Virus record (IMG/VR): IMGVR_UViG_3300031718_000007
Location: 1,789 to 65,788 of that record
Length of the DNA: 64,000 bases
Origin: a virus
Lineage: Duplodnaviria; Caudoviricetes
Strand: one strand, 5' to 3'
Both the position numbers and the translations under genes were made by a program. Of this stretch, positions 47,350 through 57,741 are shown in pieces (within the stretch, counting starts at the first letter, position 1; each line of letters starts with the position of its first letter). The notes below the pieces were generated by a model, which saw only the letters and a program-made list of their open reading frames with translations, did not search any database and was not told the origin of the DNA.

Positions 47350-47754
47350 TGACAGGGACGATGAGGATTACGTCCCGCATTTCTTTCCGGGTGATCCGAT
47401 CGTGAGGATCACGCGCTGGGATATCGCGCTGGCAGTAGCGATCCTGCTGTTCAGCGTGGTGTACTGCTCGCTGCAATAGGGCGAAGCATCACAGCAAAGT
47501 GATGCAACCGAAATAGCTCTCTGGCGATAGCCCATTCAAGAGTGAGTGGGCTATTATGGAGAACTAAAATGACCGCCGCACAAAGAAAGATCGAGACAGG
47601 TTTGGAGCAATTCGCTCCACAGAGCGAGATAGAGTTGATGGAACGCGCTCTTACAAAGCTTAAGGCGCTTTCGACCACCGCCGCAAATGCGACCGGCATC
47701 GCCGCGCCGCCGGACGTTACAGGGCGCGGTAACGTGAAACCGAAGGAGCCACAA

Positions 47755-48471
47755 ATGGCTGACACTGCAACGGCTGCTGCTACTGCCCCGCAGGCAGGCA
47801 GCAACATGACGTTCGAATATCTGCTGGAAGTCGCGAAGGAAAGCGGCCAGAAGGAAGCGCAGGGTGCTGACAGCTTGCCGCAGTTCTTCCTCGATATCGC
47901 ACAGGGCGCGTTCCTGGGCGTGATCGACGTGACTGCGAACAAGCATGGCGCCGGCGTAAACGATGCGGCCAAACTCACGCAGGCTCGTACGCAAGCGCGT
48001 ACAGGCAGCACGATTTTCGACCGTAAGGCGTTGAACGTGCGCGTCGCTGTGAACCGCACGAACACGATGATCAAACTGGGCATGTGGCCGAAAGGCGGGC
48101 CCGGCGAGCCGCTGAGCACGCTCAACAAGCTGCTCACCAATCATCGTAAGGCGATCCAGACCGGCAAGAAAGTGGTTGACGCGGCAAACGCGATGCTGAA
48201 CTATGCTCGCGCACAGACCAAGTCCGATCACATTCTGCCGGACACCGAACTGGAAAAATGCTTTCTTAAACCCGATCCGACAAAGCCCAGCGAGGAAGAT
48301 ATGCTTGCCAGTCTGCGCAAGCGCTTGCAGGCTGCCAAGGTCGGCAAGGGACTGGACGGCACGCTGGAAGGTGACACCGCCGATAAGATGATTGGCGCGA
48401 TCACCAAGCGGCTGAAGGTAATCGCAGCGGCTAAGACTGGTACTGGGCCAGCTTCCCCGGCCACGCCTTAA
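47755..48471 (+). CDS. hypothetical protein
   Basis: AAGGAG SD before MADTAT; alternative in-frame start at 47569. Confidence 0.65.
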   Translation: MADTATAAATAPQAGSNMTFEYLLEVAKESGQKEAQGADSLPQFFLDIAQGAFLGVIDVTANKHGAGVNDAAKLTQARTQARTGSTIFDRKALNVRVAVNRTNTMIKLGMWPKGGPGEPLSTLNKLLTNHRKAIQTGKKVVDAANAMLNYARAQTKSDHILPDTELEKCFLKPDPTKPSEEDMLASLRKRLQAAKVGKGLDGTLEGDTADKMIGAITKRLKVIAAAKTGTGPASPATP

Positions 48472-48593
48472 AAGCAAGCCTTGGGTGCGTTTTTGCAATT
48501 TCACGCCCAAGGCGCTGCGGCTGGCGCGGGTTTGGTGGCTCCGGCCCGCGCCAGCATTACCCTACGGAGCCTCAATCTCACGGAGCTACGAAA

Positions 48594-49751
48594 ATGAATT
48601 TGCGCGAAGCGATGCAGACGGCCAAATATAATATCCAGGCCGGCAACGCCACGATCATTAAGTCTGATCCTGGCGTAGGTAAGACCGATATGTCGCACAG
48701 CCTTGTGCGATGGTTCGCGAACGGGCTCCATGCCGGCAAGCGTGTCGGCTGGAACTCGATCTTCATGGCCACGCAATCGGGCGTGAGTTTCACCGGCTTG
48801 CCTTGGAAGGGCGAGATCAAAGTGAAAGACGCTGCCGGAAACGACGTTGAGTTTACAGTCACCAAGCCGGCGATCCCGTCATGGGCCATGATGACTGACG
48901 TTGCGACTGGCGAGCGCTTGCCGGCATGTTGCTTCGATGTTTGCATCCTGATCATCGAAGAATGGGGTCAGGGAGAGCGCGAGGCAAAGGTGGCAGGCGC
49001 GGAGGTTTTGCTTAACGGGGGAACACCCCCGTTTTATATGCCGCCTGGGTCGGCGCGTATCGCCTTGTCGAACATCGACAGCAAGGACGCCGTGACCAAA
49101 GAGTTCGATTTTATCATCAACCGCCGAGACGAGATCATCGTCAAAGGCGACGTTGACGTGTGGATCGAGGACTTTGCCGACAAGCCGTATCGGTTCAACG
49201 GCAAGGACTGGCAGGTAATGCCGGTCACCAAAGCGTGGGCCAAGGCCAAGCCGGACGAATTGTTCGGCGAGAAGCCCAAGACCCAAGGGTCATGGGCCAC
49301 GGCGCGTAGCGTGACCATGTGGGATCGGTTTGCGCAGGTTGCCGCGGCCGAGAACGGCGGCAAGGTGCCAATTGAAAACAGCGCCTTCACTGATGCCAGC
49401 GCCGGCTATATCGGGATGGGTGCCACAGCGTCGCTGTTCTCGCATTTGCAGTTCCTGGTCGAACTGCCAGCCTATGAGGACGTGATCGCGGACCCGGCAA
49501 GCTGCCCGATCCCGACCAAGGCCGATCTGAAGATGCTGATGATGTATGAACTGGCGCACCGGGCCCGGCCGGAAGGTCTGGCGCCTGTGATCCAGTACAT
49601 TCAGCGCTACCCGAAGGACATGAGCGTGACGTTTATCACGGCCATGTTGCGCCGCGACTACGCTGGCCTGATCAATCAGCCGGCCATGACGGCGTGGGTG
49701 GCGAAGAACGCTTCGCTGGTGAGCATTATCAGTTCGCTGGCGCAGACGTGA
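48594..49751 (+). CDS. MoxR-like AAA+ ATPase
   Basis: Walker A SDPGVGKT, Walker B IIEE, SN sensor, T.RS; adjacent to a VWA gene. Confidence 0.8.
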   Translation: MNLREAMQTAKYNIQAGNATIIKSDPGVGKTDMSHSLVRWFANGLHAGKRVGWNSIFMATQSGVSFTGLPWKGEIKVKDAAGNDVEFTVTKPAIPSWAMMTDVATGERLPACCFDVCILIIEEWGQGEREAKVAGAEVLLNGGTPPFYMPPGSARIALSNIDSKDAVTKEFDFIINRRDEIIVKGDVDVWIEDFADKPYRFNGKDWQVMPVTKAWAKAKPDELFGEKPKTQGSWATARSVTMWDRFAQVAAAENGGKVPIENSAFTDASAGYIGMGATASLFSHLQFLVELPAYEDVIADPASCPIPTKADLKMLMMYELAHRARPEGLAPVIQYIQRYPKDMSVTFITAMLRRDYAGLINQPAMTAWVAKNASLVSIISSLAQT

Positions 49752-49945
49752 AGCGTCCCCGACCACTGCGACAGGTTACAGCGGCGGTAACGGCCGCCGC
49801 TGTTTCTTCGCTTCGGATGGTGCGCAACATTAACGAAACATTTATGCCAGATAAAGCCTTCGATGACCTAATCCAATGGCGGTTAGGCGATCCGAGGTTT
49901 TGGTATGAAGGCCAAGCTTCGAGAGTGAAACCAAAGGAGCCTCAC

Positions 49946-50275
49946 ATGAGCGATGCGATCAAGCGTAATCAGTGCCAGTGGACCATCGAAATCCGCGCAC
50001 ACGTTAGCGAAAGCGAGCGTGATGCCGTGAACCAGACCATGAGCCGGCTGGCGCGGCACGCCGATGCCACGGTTAAACTCTTGCCCAACTCGAACATCAT
50101 GAAGCCGGAGACGGTTTGCTACGGCGATGACTTTTTCGTCGGGCATTTCGACGTGGCCATGCTGCCCGACGAGATCGGCGACGCCATAGCGCAGACTGGG
50201 CTGGGCGAGGAGGAAGTCGTGTCTGATGAGTTGCTACAGGCCGCGCGAGACATGGCGCATGATAAAGCCAAGTGA
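49946..50275 (+). CDS. hypothetical protein
   Basis: AAGGAG SD before MSDAIK. Confidence 0.6.
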   Translation: MSDAIKRNQCQWTIEIRAHVSESERDAVNQTMSRLARHADATVKLLPNSNIMKPETVCYGDDFFVGHFDVAMLPDEIGDAIAQTGLGEEEVVSDELLQAARDMAHDKAK

Positions 50276-50382
50276 TATAGCGGCGTCGACCACCGCCGCA
50301 ATACGAAAGCGCCGCCGAGCGCTTCTAAATGACCTGCGCATGGTGTATCACGAAGGAAAATCAGTACCACTAGGAGCCAACA

Positions 50383-51759
50383 ATGAGCAATGGAATGATT
50401 ACCTCGGCTGGCGGCGTGCATGGTACGACGCCGTTATCGCCGCCTTCCCCGAGTTCTTCGGAGACCGAGGCCGAGACTATCACGTCGACAGAGAAGCTTT
50501 CATCCCAGAACGCAACCAAGTGGGATGACACTACCGCCATGATCCAGTGGTGCGCCCCTGGGTTTCGGCATATCTGGTACAAGCTGCTGGTGCAGAACGG
50601 CAACGACTACAACGCCGTGATGACCAAGCGCGTGCCGGTCGCCGCAACCGATGGGCAGAACCTGATAATCAATCCGGACACGTTCTTCGAATACAAGCTG
50701 CGCGAGCGTGCGTTCATTGGAGCGCACGAGATTTTGCACGCGATCTTCGATGACTGCGGTTTGCTGCACAAATGCACCAAGTCGGAGACCGTGCCGATGC
50801 AGGACGGCACGACGCTGCCGTTTGTCAATGAAACCATGCAAATCGCCATGGACCTGCGGAATAACGCGCTGCTGATCGAGAGCCATATTGGCTCTTGCCC
50901 GAAAGACGCCGTGGTCAGCGAGCGCGAAATGCCGGACGGCACGAAGCTGCCCAAGGTGACAGGGCAGGAAAGCATCCTCGATATCTATCAGCAGGTCTAC
51001 AAGGCCTACGAGGACAATGGCGGTCAGCCGGGGCAGGGCACAGTCATGGTTGACGTGCTGCAGCCGGGCGCGAGCACTGGGCAAAGCCCGTCACAGGCGC
51101 AAGGCCAGCGTGATCCTAACCGCTGGGCAATCGAGCTAAAGACTGCCCAAAACCTGCAGGAACGCCACCAAGGCAAGCTGCCCGCGGGACTGAACCGCAT
51201 GTTCGCAGACTTGCTTGAGCCCGAGGTCTACTGGCTGGACTATATTCAAACGCTGATCCAGCGGCATACCGGCTCAGGCGGCCGGGACTGGCGCGAGCCG
51301 GACCCGTGGTTCATTGGCCGCGATATCTATCTGCCCAAGAAAACCGGCTATGGCGCCGGCTGGATAGTGATCTGGGGTGACACATCAGGTTCGCGTGGTG
51401 ACACTGAGATCGCTAGCAGCATGTCTGAGACCAGTGGTATCTTGGAGGACATTAACCCGAAGCGCCTGACAGTGATTTGGGGTGATGCTGCCATCAGCTA
51501 CATTGACGAAATCGAAGACCCTGCGGATATTGCCAACATTCAAGCCCGTGGAACTGGTGGCGGTGGCGGCACAGACTTTCAGCCGGTGCTCGATTGGATA
51601 CGCGAGCAAGGTGAAACGCCGGAACTGTTTATCGGTTTCACTGACGGTTATGTCAGCTATCCGGATCAAGAACCGCCGTTCCCCACGATCTGGGCCAGCA
51701 GCACGGACTATGACTATCCGTACGGTCAGAAGGTCCGCGTGAACCAGCGCGCGCCGTGA
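50383..51759 (+). CDS. DUF2201-type metallopeptidase-VWA protein
   Basis: AATDG, HEILH (HExxH), DTSGS MIDAS motif, GGGGTDF, FTDG. Confidence 0.88.
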   Translation: MSNGMITSAGGVHGTTPLSPPSPSSSETEAETITSTEKLSSQNATKWDDTTAMIQWCAPGFRHIWYKLLVQNGNDYNAVMTKRVPVAATDGQNLIINPDTFFEYKLRERAFIGAHEILHAIFDDCGLLHKCTKSETVPMQDGTTLPFVNETMQIAMDLRNNALLIESHIGSCPKDAVVSEREMPDGTKLPKVTGQESILDIYQQVYKAYEDNGGQPGQGTVMVDVLQPGASTGQSPSQAQGQRDPNRWAIELKTAQNLQERHQGKLPAGLNRMFADLLEPEVYWLDYIQTLIQRHTGSGGRDWREPDPWFIGRDIYLPKKTGYGAGWIVIWGDTSGSRGDTEIASSMSETSGILEDINPKRLTVIWGDAAISYIDEIEDPADIANIQARGTGGGGGTDFQPVLDWIREQGETPELFIGFTDGYVSYPDQEPPFPTIWASSTDYDYPYGQKVRVNQRAP

Positions 51760-52253
51760 ACATTAAAGCTGCACAGGTCTACGGTTATTTGCAGCATGAC
51801 ATGCGAAACATACGCATCATGCGCCTGGACGATGGAGAGGGCAACATGCCTATCGGACAAGAGAACACGCGGTTCCGTTCGTTTGCGGAGCGCTACATTA
51901 TCGAGCGTGCTAGTAGCTTTGAGACTGGCAAGGAAGATGCAGGTATCTGGAAAGCGCTTCAAGATGCCAAGCGCGCTTATAGTATGATCGAGCGCAGCGC
52001 GCACGCCGTGGAAAAAACCATGCAAGAGGCTATGGAGCACGAATATCGAAATGCGTTACAGGTCGGTAACGCCAGCAATAACAACATCGCCCCCGGTCAG
52101 CTTATCCCCGTCGCTAGGCCAATAATCAGTGGTCCTCCAAGTCTGTCGAAAACCGTACAAGAGCAAGCGCTTAAAGCGCTTGCTGATCCGAACACGCCCC
52201 CGACTATCAAAGAGCGCGTGAGAAAGTTTCTGCAAGGGGGACCAATCGTCTAA
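51756..52253 (+). CDS. hypothetical protein
   Basis: GTGA overlap with the VWA gene. Confidence 0.55.
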   Translation: MNIKAAQVYGYLQHDMRNIRIMRLDDGEGNMPIGQENTRFRSFAERYIIERASSFETGKEDAGIWKALQDAKRAYSMIERSAHAVEKTMQEAMEHEYRNALQVGNASNNNIAPGQLIPVARPIISGPPSLSKTVQEQALKALADPNTPPTIKERVRKFLQGGPIV

Positions 52254-52283
52254 GTCTACCAACCCAAACCAAAGGAGCCAATC

Positions 52284-52976
52284 ATGAGCCGTCGCAAGAA
52301 AGAACCCGGACCGAAACTGTTAGGGCTGGCCCGCGCTGTCGAAGGCAACCTAAACCGGCTGGAAGAAGCTGTTGCCTATCAGACCGTGCTGCGGAATTAT
52401 ACGTTTAGCCGCGAGGAAATAGTGGCGTGTGTGCTGCCGCCCGAGGATATCGAGGCGCTGCGGCGGGCAGAATGCCTTGTGGAAACGCATTACAGCAAGC
52501 TGGTGCGGGCTCGTTTTCGGGATAGCTTTCAAACATATCCGGTCACTGTCCTGCTCAATATTGATGGCATGGGACTGGCGCTATGGCGCGGTGATGCGTG
52601 CAAGTTTCAGCACGAGGCTCCGCGCGCTGCTGATTTTCTGGCAATGACTACCGCCTTGTCGCGCATCCGACAACGTTTTGCGGTGGTAGAAACCCTGGTC
52701 GAATGGTTTGATAAGAATGCAAGCTGGGGCGCTGTGCGCTACTACTGGCCAAGCGCTTGTGCTTTGCTGCCGAGTGATCATCTGATCCACCGACTGGATG
52801 GCACGATTTTTCGCGAGCCAGTAGCGTCTATTGGCGCCATGATTCCTCTTTGCCGGGAAACGGCTATCACCGTTACGGAGGCAATGCTATGCCCGCTCGA
52901 CGCGCCAACCGGGAATTCTCCGGTCTCTGTGACGATAGGCGATCGGTCGTTCAACGTTCCGTTACCGCCGCTGTAA
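52284..52976 (+). CDS. hypothetical protein
   Basis: AAGGAG SD, 230 aa. Confidence 0.6.
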   Translation: MSRRKKEPGPKLLGLARAVEGNLNRLEEAVAYQTVLRNYTFSREEIVACVLPPEDIEALRRAECLVETHYSKLVRARFRDSFQTYPVTVLLNIDGMGLALWRGDACKFQHEAPRAADFLAMTTALSRIRQRFAVVETLVEWFDKNASWGAVRYYWPSACALLPSDHLIHRLDGTIFREPVASIGAMIPLCRETAITVTEAMLCPLDAPTGNSPVSVTIGDRSFNVPLPPL

Positions 52977-53115
52977 CGCATGAAGGCATAAAGGCAATTT
53001 ATCGCGACTACTGGTATCGGACGCACGGCGTTCACGCGCCTGCTCACTTGCCAGAGTTTGTGGCATGGCGTAGACAATGGCAACGCGACCTCCGTATCAG
53101 ATCGGAAGAACTCCT

Positions 53116-55011
53116 ATGCCGCAGCAACTCTGGTTCTTCGACCTCGAAACATATTACGACGACGGATATTCGCTGCGCCGAATGACGCCACCAGAGTATA
53201 TCCTGGATGACCGCTATGAAGGTATCATGCTCGCAGCCGCGGAAGGCGAAAACCCCTCGTTCATGGTCGATGGCCCAGACATTGGACGCTTTCTATCATC
53301 CCTTCCTATTCGGGACACCACAACCGTATGCTTCAACGCATTGTTTGATAATTGCGTTCTTGCGTGGCGGTATGGTTTCGTTCCAGCGAGAATGCTGTGC
53401 TCGATGCGGATGGCAGTGGCGACGCGAGGGCATACGCTGCAGCGACATTCCCTGGCCGCAGTCAGCCAAAGCCTTGGAGTGGGGACTAAGGGGACGGAAA
53501 TTGAGAACGTTAAGGGGCTTCACCGCGAGCAAATTATCGCGTCTAGGCGGTGGAACGCGTTCACGCGTTACGCGCTCAACGACAACGACCTGAACCGTAG
53601 TATTTTTTTCGAGTGCGCGAAAGATTTCCCTAGTAGCGAGCGCCGGGTGATGGACAGGGTTCTACGCTGTGCCATAGAGCCGCGCTTTCAGATCAACATC
53701 CCTCTACTCAAACAGCATCTGGTGGACTTGGAAGTGAGCAAAACGCAGCTTCTTGCGCAAGCCGGAGTAACGGACCCTTCGGAGTTGCGTAGCGCCACTA
53801 AGTTTCAGGCGTTGCTCGAAGCGCGCGGCGTGGACGTGGAAATGAAAACGACTACCACGGGCAACGTGGCGCCGGCGTTCGCCAAGACTGACGAGTTCAT
53901 GGAGAAGTTGCAAGCGCACGAGGACCCGGTAGTCTCCGCGCTCGCGTGCGCGCGGTTAGGAGTACGGTCGACGATCGAGCAATCGCGCGGCCAGCGCATG
54001 CTGCAGATCGCGTCGCTGAACTGGGACGCCGTTACAGCGCCTGAAACGGGCGTGCCGCTGATGCCGTTCCCGCTGCGATATAGCGGCGCCCATACGCATC
54101 GGCTGTCGGGCGACTGGCTGATCAACACGCAGAACCTGCCGACTGGCCGAGGCGGGAGCACGAGCAACACGCTGCGAAAAGCGATTGTTGCGCCGTTCGG
54201 GCACGAGGTAGCGATAGCGGACTTGGAACAAATCGAGTGCCGCGTGAACGCTTGGTTTTGCGGGCAGCAAGACCTGCTCGACGTGTTCGCGCAGGGGCTC
54301 GACCCGTACGCACTGCTCGCAAGCGCGATTTTCGGTTTCAAGGTCGACAAGAAAGTGCATCTGCTGGAACGTTTTATCGGGAAATCGGGCGTACTAGGGC
54401 TCGGCTTCCAGTGCGGGGCAACGAAATTCTACAACATGGTGATACGCTCGGCGCGCGTGATGGGGATGGACATGAATGCGCTGCTGCAGGTATGGACGCC
54501 GGAGTTAGCGCAACGCACCGTGGACATTTATCGCCGGCAGAACGCGGCGATCCGTCGGATGTGGGCTGCGTTGGACCTTGCGCTGGCCAGCGCATGGTCC
54601 GGGCGTAGCGGGCCTGTCCAGATTGGGCCTGTGGAGATCGGCTACGGCTACGTGCTGCTGCCGAACGGCATGAAGATGAACTATCAAGTCAAGAGCACCG
54701 ACACGAATGCCGGGCTGAGCTACATTTACGAGGGCCGCGAGCATCCGATCTACGGCGGGAAATTTCTCGAAAACATTGTGCAGGCCCTGGCGCGGATCAT
54801 CTTGATGAACGCTGCCATGCGCATCTGGGATCGTGGTTATCCGTTCAAGCTGCAGGCGCATGACGAGCTAGGTTGGGTGGTGCGCACTGAGGACAAGGAT
54901 GAAGCTATGCGTGTGATCCACGAGGAAATGATCCGGCCGCCATCGTGGGCGCGAAGGATACCGCTTGGCGCGGCGGTCTCATGCGGAGCATCGTATGGCG
55001 ACGCGAAGTAG
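53116..55011 (+). CDS. DNA polymerase, family A, with 3'-5' exonuclease
   Basis: DLET, FNALFD, T.RLSG..N.QNLP, DLEQIE.R, R..GK...LGLGF, HDE. Confidence 0.92.
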   Translation: MPQQLWFFDLETYYDDGYSLRRMTPPEYILDDRYEGIMLAAAEGENPSFMVDGPDIGRFLSSLPIRDTTTVCFNALFDNCVLAWRYGFVPARMLCSMRMAVATRGHTLQRHSLAAVSQSLGVGTKGTEIENVKGLHREQIIASRRWNAFTRYALNDNDLNRSIFFECAKDFPSSERRVMDRVLRCAIEPRFQINIPLLKQHLVDLEVSKTQLLAQAGVTDPSELRSATKFQALLEARGVDVEMKTTTTGNVAPAFAKTDEFMEKLQAHEDPVVSALACARLGVRSTIEQSRGQRMLQIASLNWDAVTAPETGVPLMPFPLRYSGAHTHRLSGDWLINTQNLPTGRGGSTSNTLRKAIVAPFGHEVAIADLEQIECRVNAWFCGQQDLLDVFAQGLDPYALLASAIFGFKVDKKVHLLERFIGKSGVLGLGFQCGATKFYNMVIRSARVMGMDMNALLQVWTPELAQRTVDIYRRQNAAIRRMWAALDLALASAWSGRSGPVQIGPVEIGYGYVLLPNGMKMNYQVKSTDTNAGLSYIYEGREHPIYGGKFLENIVQALARIILMNAAMRIWDRGYPFKLQAHDELGWVVRTEDKDEAMRVIHEEMIRPPSWARRIPLGAAVSCGASYGDAK

Positions 55012-55166
55012 GGCGACGTGCGTAAGGTCATCATCCTGCGGTTCAGATTTTGAACGGGATGTGTATCTCGATATGTACCTAACCAAGGTTGTGACCGGGC
55101 GCCGTGATTATATGAGAGCCGACGTGTTCGGAAAATGGTGGGACTGGTATAAGGAAGGACCTGCGT

Positions 55167-55529
55167 ATGCACGAGCAAAAGCTGCTGCTGGAAGATCACT
55201 CTCAAGAAATACCCCCGTTCCTGCAACGCAACGAGGACGGGACAATGAAGTACCCCGGCATCCCGGTGGCGGTTACAGCAAATGTAACGCCGCCAACGCG
55301 CGAGGAAAACCGCCATCTTGACAAGTGGGGCTGGCCGGTCAACCCTGCGGATGAGAAGGCCCGCAAACTGCTGCTGGCAGATCAGGATCGCGTGCAATCA
55401 ATCAAGAAAGCCGAGAGCACGAAGGCCAGCCGTGCCAAACAGGCCGCGGAGGCTGAGATCAAACGCAAGGCGCTGCTGGCCAGCAAGGCTAACTTCTTGC
55501 AGCATTTCAAGTGGGACTGGGAAAAATGA
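55167..55529 (+). CDS. hypothetical protein
   Basis: EIPPFL.R motif; GGAAGG SD. Confidence 0.55.
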   Translation: MHEQKLLLEDHSQEIPPFLQRNEDGTMKYPGIPVAVTANVTPPTREENRHLDKWGWPVNPADEKARKLLLADQDRVQSIKKAESTKASRAKQAAEAEIKRKALLASKANFLQHFKWDWEK

Positions 55530-55747
55530 TTTACGCGTTCGCCGGTATGTTCTGTATGGACGTGTGCTACGCGCTCTACACCAAGAGCCTCGTCAAAGAC
55601 CAGCATATCCGCGCGAGCGCGTACGCATCTGGGATCACTCTCTGCATGGGCGTCGTGACCCTTGCATACGTCCATAATCCTGTGGCACTACTCTCTGCGA
55701 TGGCTGGCGCATTTGCCGGTACACTCGTAGGGAGTTTGATCAAATGA
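55526..55747 (+). CDS. small multi-pass membrane protein
   Basis: Hydrophobic, GAF.GT motif, ATGA coupling. Confidence 0.6.
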   Translation: MIYAFAGMFCMDVCYALYTKSLVKDQHIRASAYASGITLCMGVVTLAYVHNPVALLSAMAGAFAGTLVGSLIK

Positions 55748-56106
55748 AACTCTATCTGGCGGGACCAATGCGTGGTATCCCGAACTTTAACTTCCCGGCC
55801 TTCGACTATGCGGCAGCGAAGCTGCGAGCCGCCGGGTTTGAAGTATTCTCACCGGCTGAGCGTGACCGGCAAACGTACGGTAGCGAGATCGAGATCAACC
55901 CGACCGGCGATGAGAGCAAAGTTGCCAATCCGGAATGCACGATCAATGACTGCATGGCGGCAGATTGTGAGTGGATTTGCCGCAACGCAAATGCCATTGC
56001 GCTTCTCCCCGGTTGGGAGAAATCTTCTGGCGCGAACGCCGAATTGGCGCTAGCAAAGGCCCTCGGTCTCACTGAGATCACGCTGGGCAAGGAGTATGTG
56101 CAGTGA
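55744..56106 (+). CDS. DUF4406 / nucleoside 2-deoxyribosyltransferase-like protein
   Basis: YLAGPM.G..FN..AF, SPA, LPGWE.S.GA..E...A. Confidence 0.85.
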   Translation: MKLYLAGPMRGIPNFNFPAFDYAAAKLRAAGFEVFSPAERDRQTYGSEIEINPTGDESKVANPECTINDCMAADCEWICRNANAIALLPGWEKSSGANAELALAKALGLTEITLGKEYVQ

Positions 56107-56576
56107 GCCTACTCCATGATAAAAACTGTCAGTGCTCGCGCTGCGAGGATAAACGCAATGCTGCTAGGGCTAACGCCGGTATAGGCATGTACGCGGATCG
56201 AGACGCCCTTTCCCATGCGGCAGGACCCTCAAAAGCTGCACCCTTTGTGCCGCTGGCTAAGGCCAACTCTGCCCAGCGAAAAATGCTGCCAGTGGCGAGC
56301 GGAGTGCTGGATTACTTCCCAGACGCGCTCTCCGCAGTGGCGTATGTCTCTTATCTGGGCAACCAGAAGCACAATCCCGGCGAGCCGCTGCACTGGGTTC
56401 GCGGCAAGTCGGGCGATCACATCGACTGCGCGGCCCGCCACATGCTGCGGCGGACTGAACTGGACGCCGACGGTATCATGGAAGCCGCCGAAATGGTCTG
56501 GCGCAGCCTCGCGTGGCTTCAGTTGGAGATCGAGCGGGCGCACAAGCTTCCGCCGTCGCCGGGTTCAACCACGTAA
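56103..56576 (+). CDS. dATP/dGTP diphosphohydrolase domain protein (DUF5664-like)
   Basis: YFPDAL.AVA.VS..G..KH.PG..L.W...KS.DH.D...RH. Confidence 0.75.
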   Translation: MSLLHDKNCQCSRCEDKRNAARANAGIGMYADRDALSHAAGPSKAAPFVPLAKANSAQRKMLPVASGVLDYFPDALSAVAYVSYLGNQKHNPGEPLHWVRGKSGDHIDCAARHMLRRTELDADGIMEAAEMVWRSLAWLQLEIERAHKLPPSPGSTT

Positions 56577-56590
56577 CAGCGGGCTGTAAC

Positions 56591-56950
56591 GTGCCGATCA
56601 CTGAACGGACACGGATGGAAATGGCGGCCGGGGCGCAGGCTGTCGCTAATCAAAGCGGCAAAGTGCTCCCGGCCGACTATATGGATGCCATCTTGCGCAC
56701 GGCCGACCGGCATGCGCAGCTTAAAGCATGGGAAGCGGAAGGGCGCATCCACATCGAGAAGCGAGTCAGCTATCCGCCTTATGACGCTGCGGAAACCGGC
56801 GGTTTAACCGTACGCTGGATCGAGATAAGGATCGGTAGTAAGCTGAAATTTGACACGCGCGAAACCGAACAGGACATGGGCTCATTCCCTAGCGAGTTGC
56901 TGATCGCTAGGATTGCGCTCGCGCTGGAAGCAAATCAGGACAAGGTGTGA
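56591..56950 (+). CDS. hypothetical protein
   Basis: T..EM.AG and FPSE.L motifs; start uncertain. Confidence 0.5.
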   Translation: MPITERTRMEMAAGAQAVANQSGKVLPADYMDAILRTADRHAQLKAWEAEGRIHIEKRVSYPPYDAAETGGLTVRWIEIRIGSKLKFDTRETEQDMGSFPSELLIARIALALEANQDKV

Positions 56951-57615
56951 TGCCTAAAGCTTTTTCATGGTCGTTCTCGCGGCTCAAGAATTACGAGACG
57001 TGCCCGAAGCGGTACTACGAGATCGACGTACAAAAACATTTCAAGGAGAGCAGCGCCCAGCTAGACTGGGGTGGCGCGGTCCATGAGGCCATGGCGGACG
57101 CAATCAAGAGCGGCAAACCGCTGCCGGCGGATATACCGTTCCAGCGCTGGATCAACAGCGTGAACAAGTTTCAAGGTGAAAAGCTGGTAGAGCAAAAGTG
57201 GGCGCTGACGAAAGACTTTCAACCTACCGAATGGTTCTCGCCCCTGGCTTGGTTCCGGAGCGTCGGGGATTTTGTTGGCATCGCGGCCCCCGGGGCACTG
57301 ATCCTAGACTGGAAAACAGGCAAGCCAACTCGCGATAGCCAACAGCTTATGCTGACTGCTGCCTGCGTGTTTGCGTTCCATCCTGACGTTCACGAGGTCG
57401 ACAGCGGGTTCGTGTGGCTCAAGGACGACGCCCTGACCAGTGAGCACTACACGCGCGCCGACATGCCGAAGCACTGGATGGATATCATTCCACGCGTGCA
57501 GCGCATGGAACAAGCGACAGCGACACTGACGTTTCCCCCGCAGCCTGATCGCCTCTGCAAGAAATACTGCCCGGTTTCGTCGTGCCCGTTCTGGCGGAAA
57601 GGACCGCAGGGATGA
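56950..57615 (+). CDS. PD-(D/E)XK Cas4/RecB-like exonuclease
   Basis: WSFS....TCP, G..VH, DF...DWKTG, QL, C-terminal C..C....C. Confidence 0.85.
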   Translation: MPKAFSWSFSRLKNYETCPKRYYEIDVQKHFKESSAQLDWGGAVHEAMADAIKSGKPLPADIPFQRWINSVNKFQGEKLVEQKWALTKDFQPTEWFSPLAWFRSVGDFVGIAAPGALILDWKTGKPTRDSQQLMLTAACVFAFHPDVHEVDSGFVWLKDDALTSEHYTRADMPKHWMDIIPRVQRMEQATATLTFPPQPDRLCKKYCPVSSCPFWRKGPQG

Positions 57616-57741
57616 ACCTGCTACGATCACTAAAACGTTACTTGTGGCTTAGAGCTAAGCCAGCCTACGATCCCGTTGCGACCAAACAGCGCGCAGCCGC
57701 TGCACTCGCCGCGGCCGATGCTTGGTTGGAGGGAGAGGGTG

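Noticed and set aside
55744-56576. Z-base (2-aminoadenine) genome
   Set aside because: No PurZ homologue recognised in the window
56950-57615. Cas4 as evidence of a CRISPR system
   Set aside because: Solo nuclease in a replication module; no other cas genes or array
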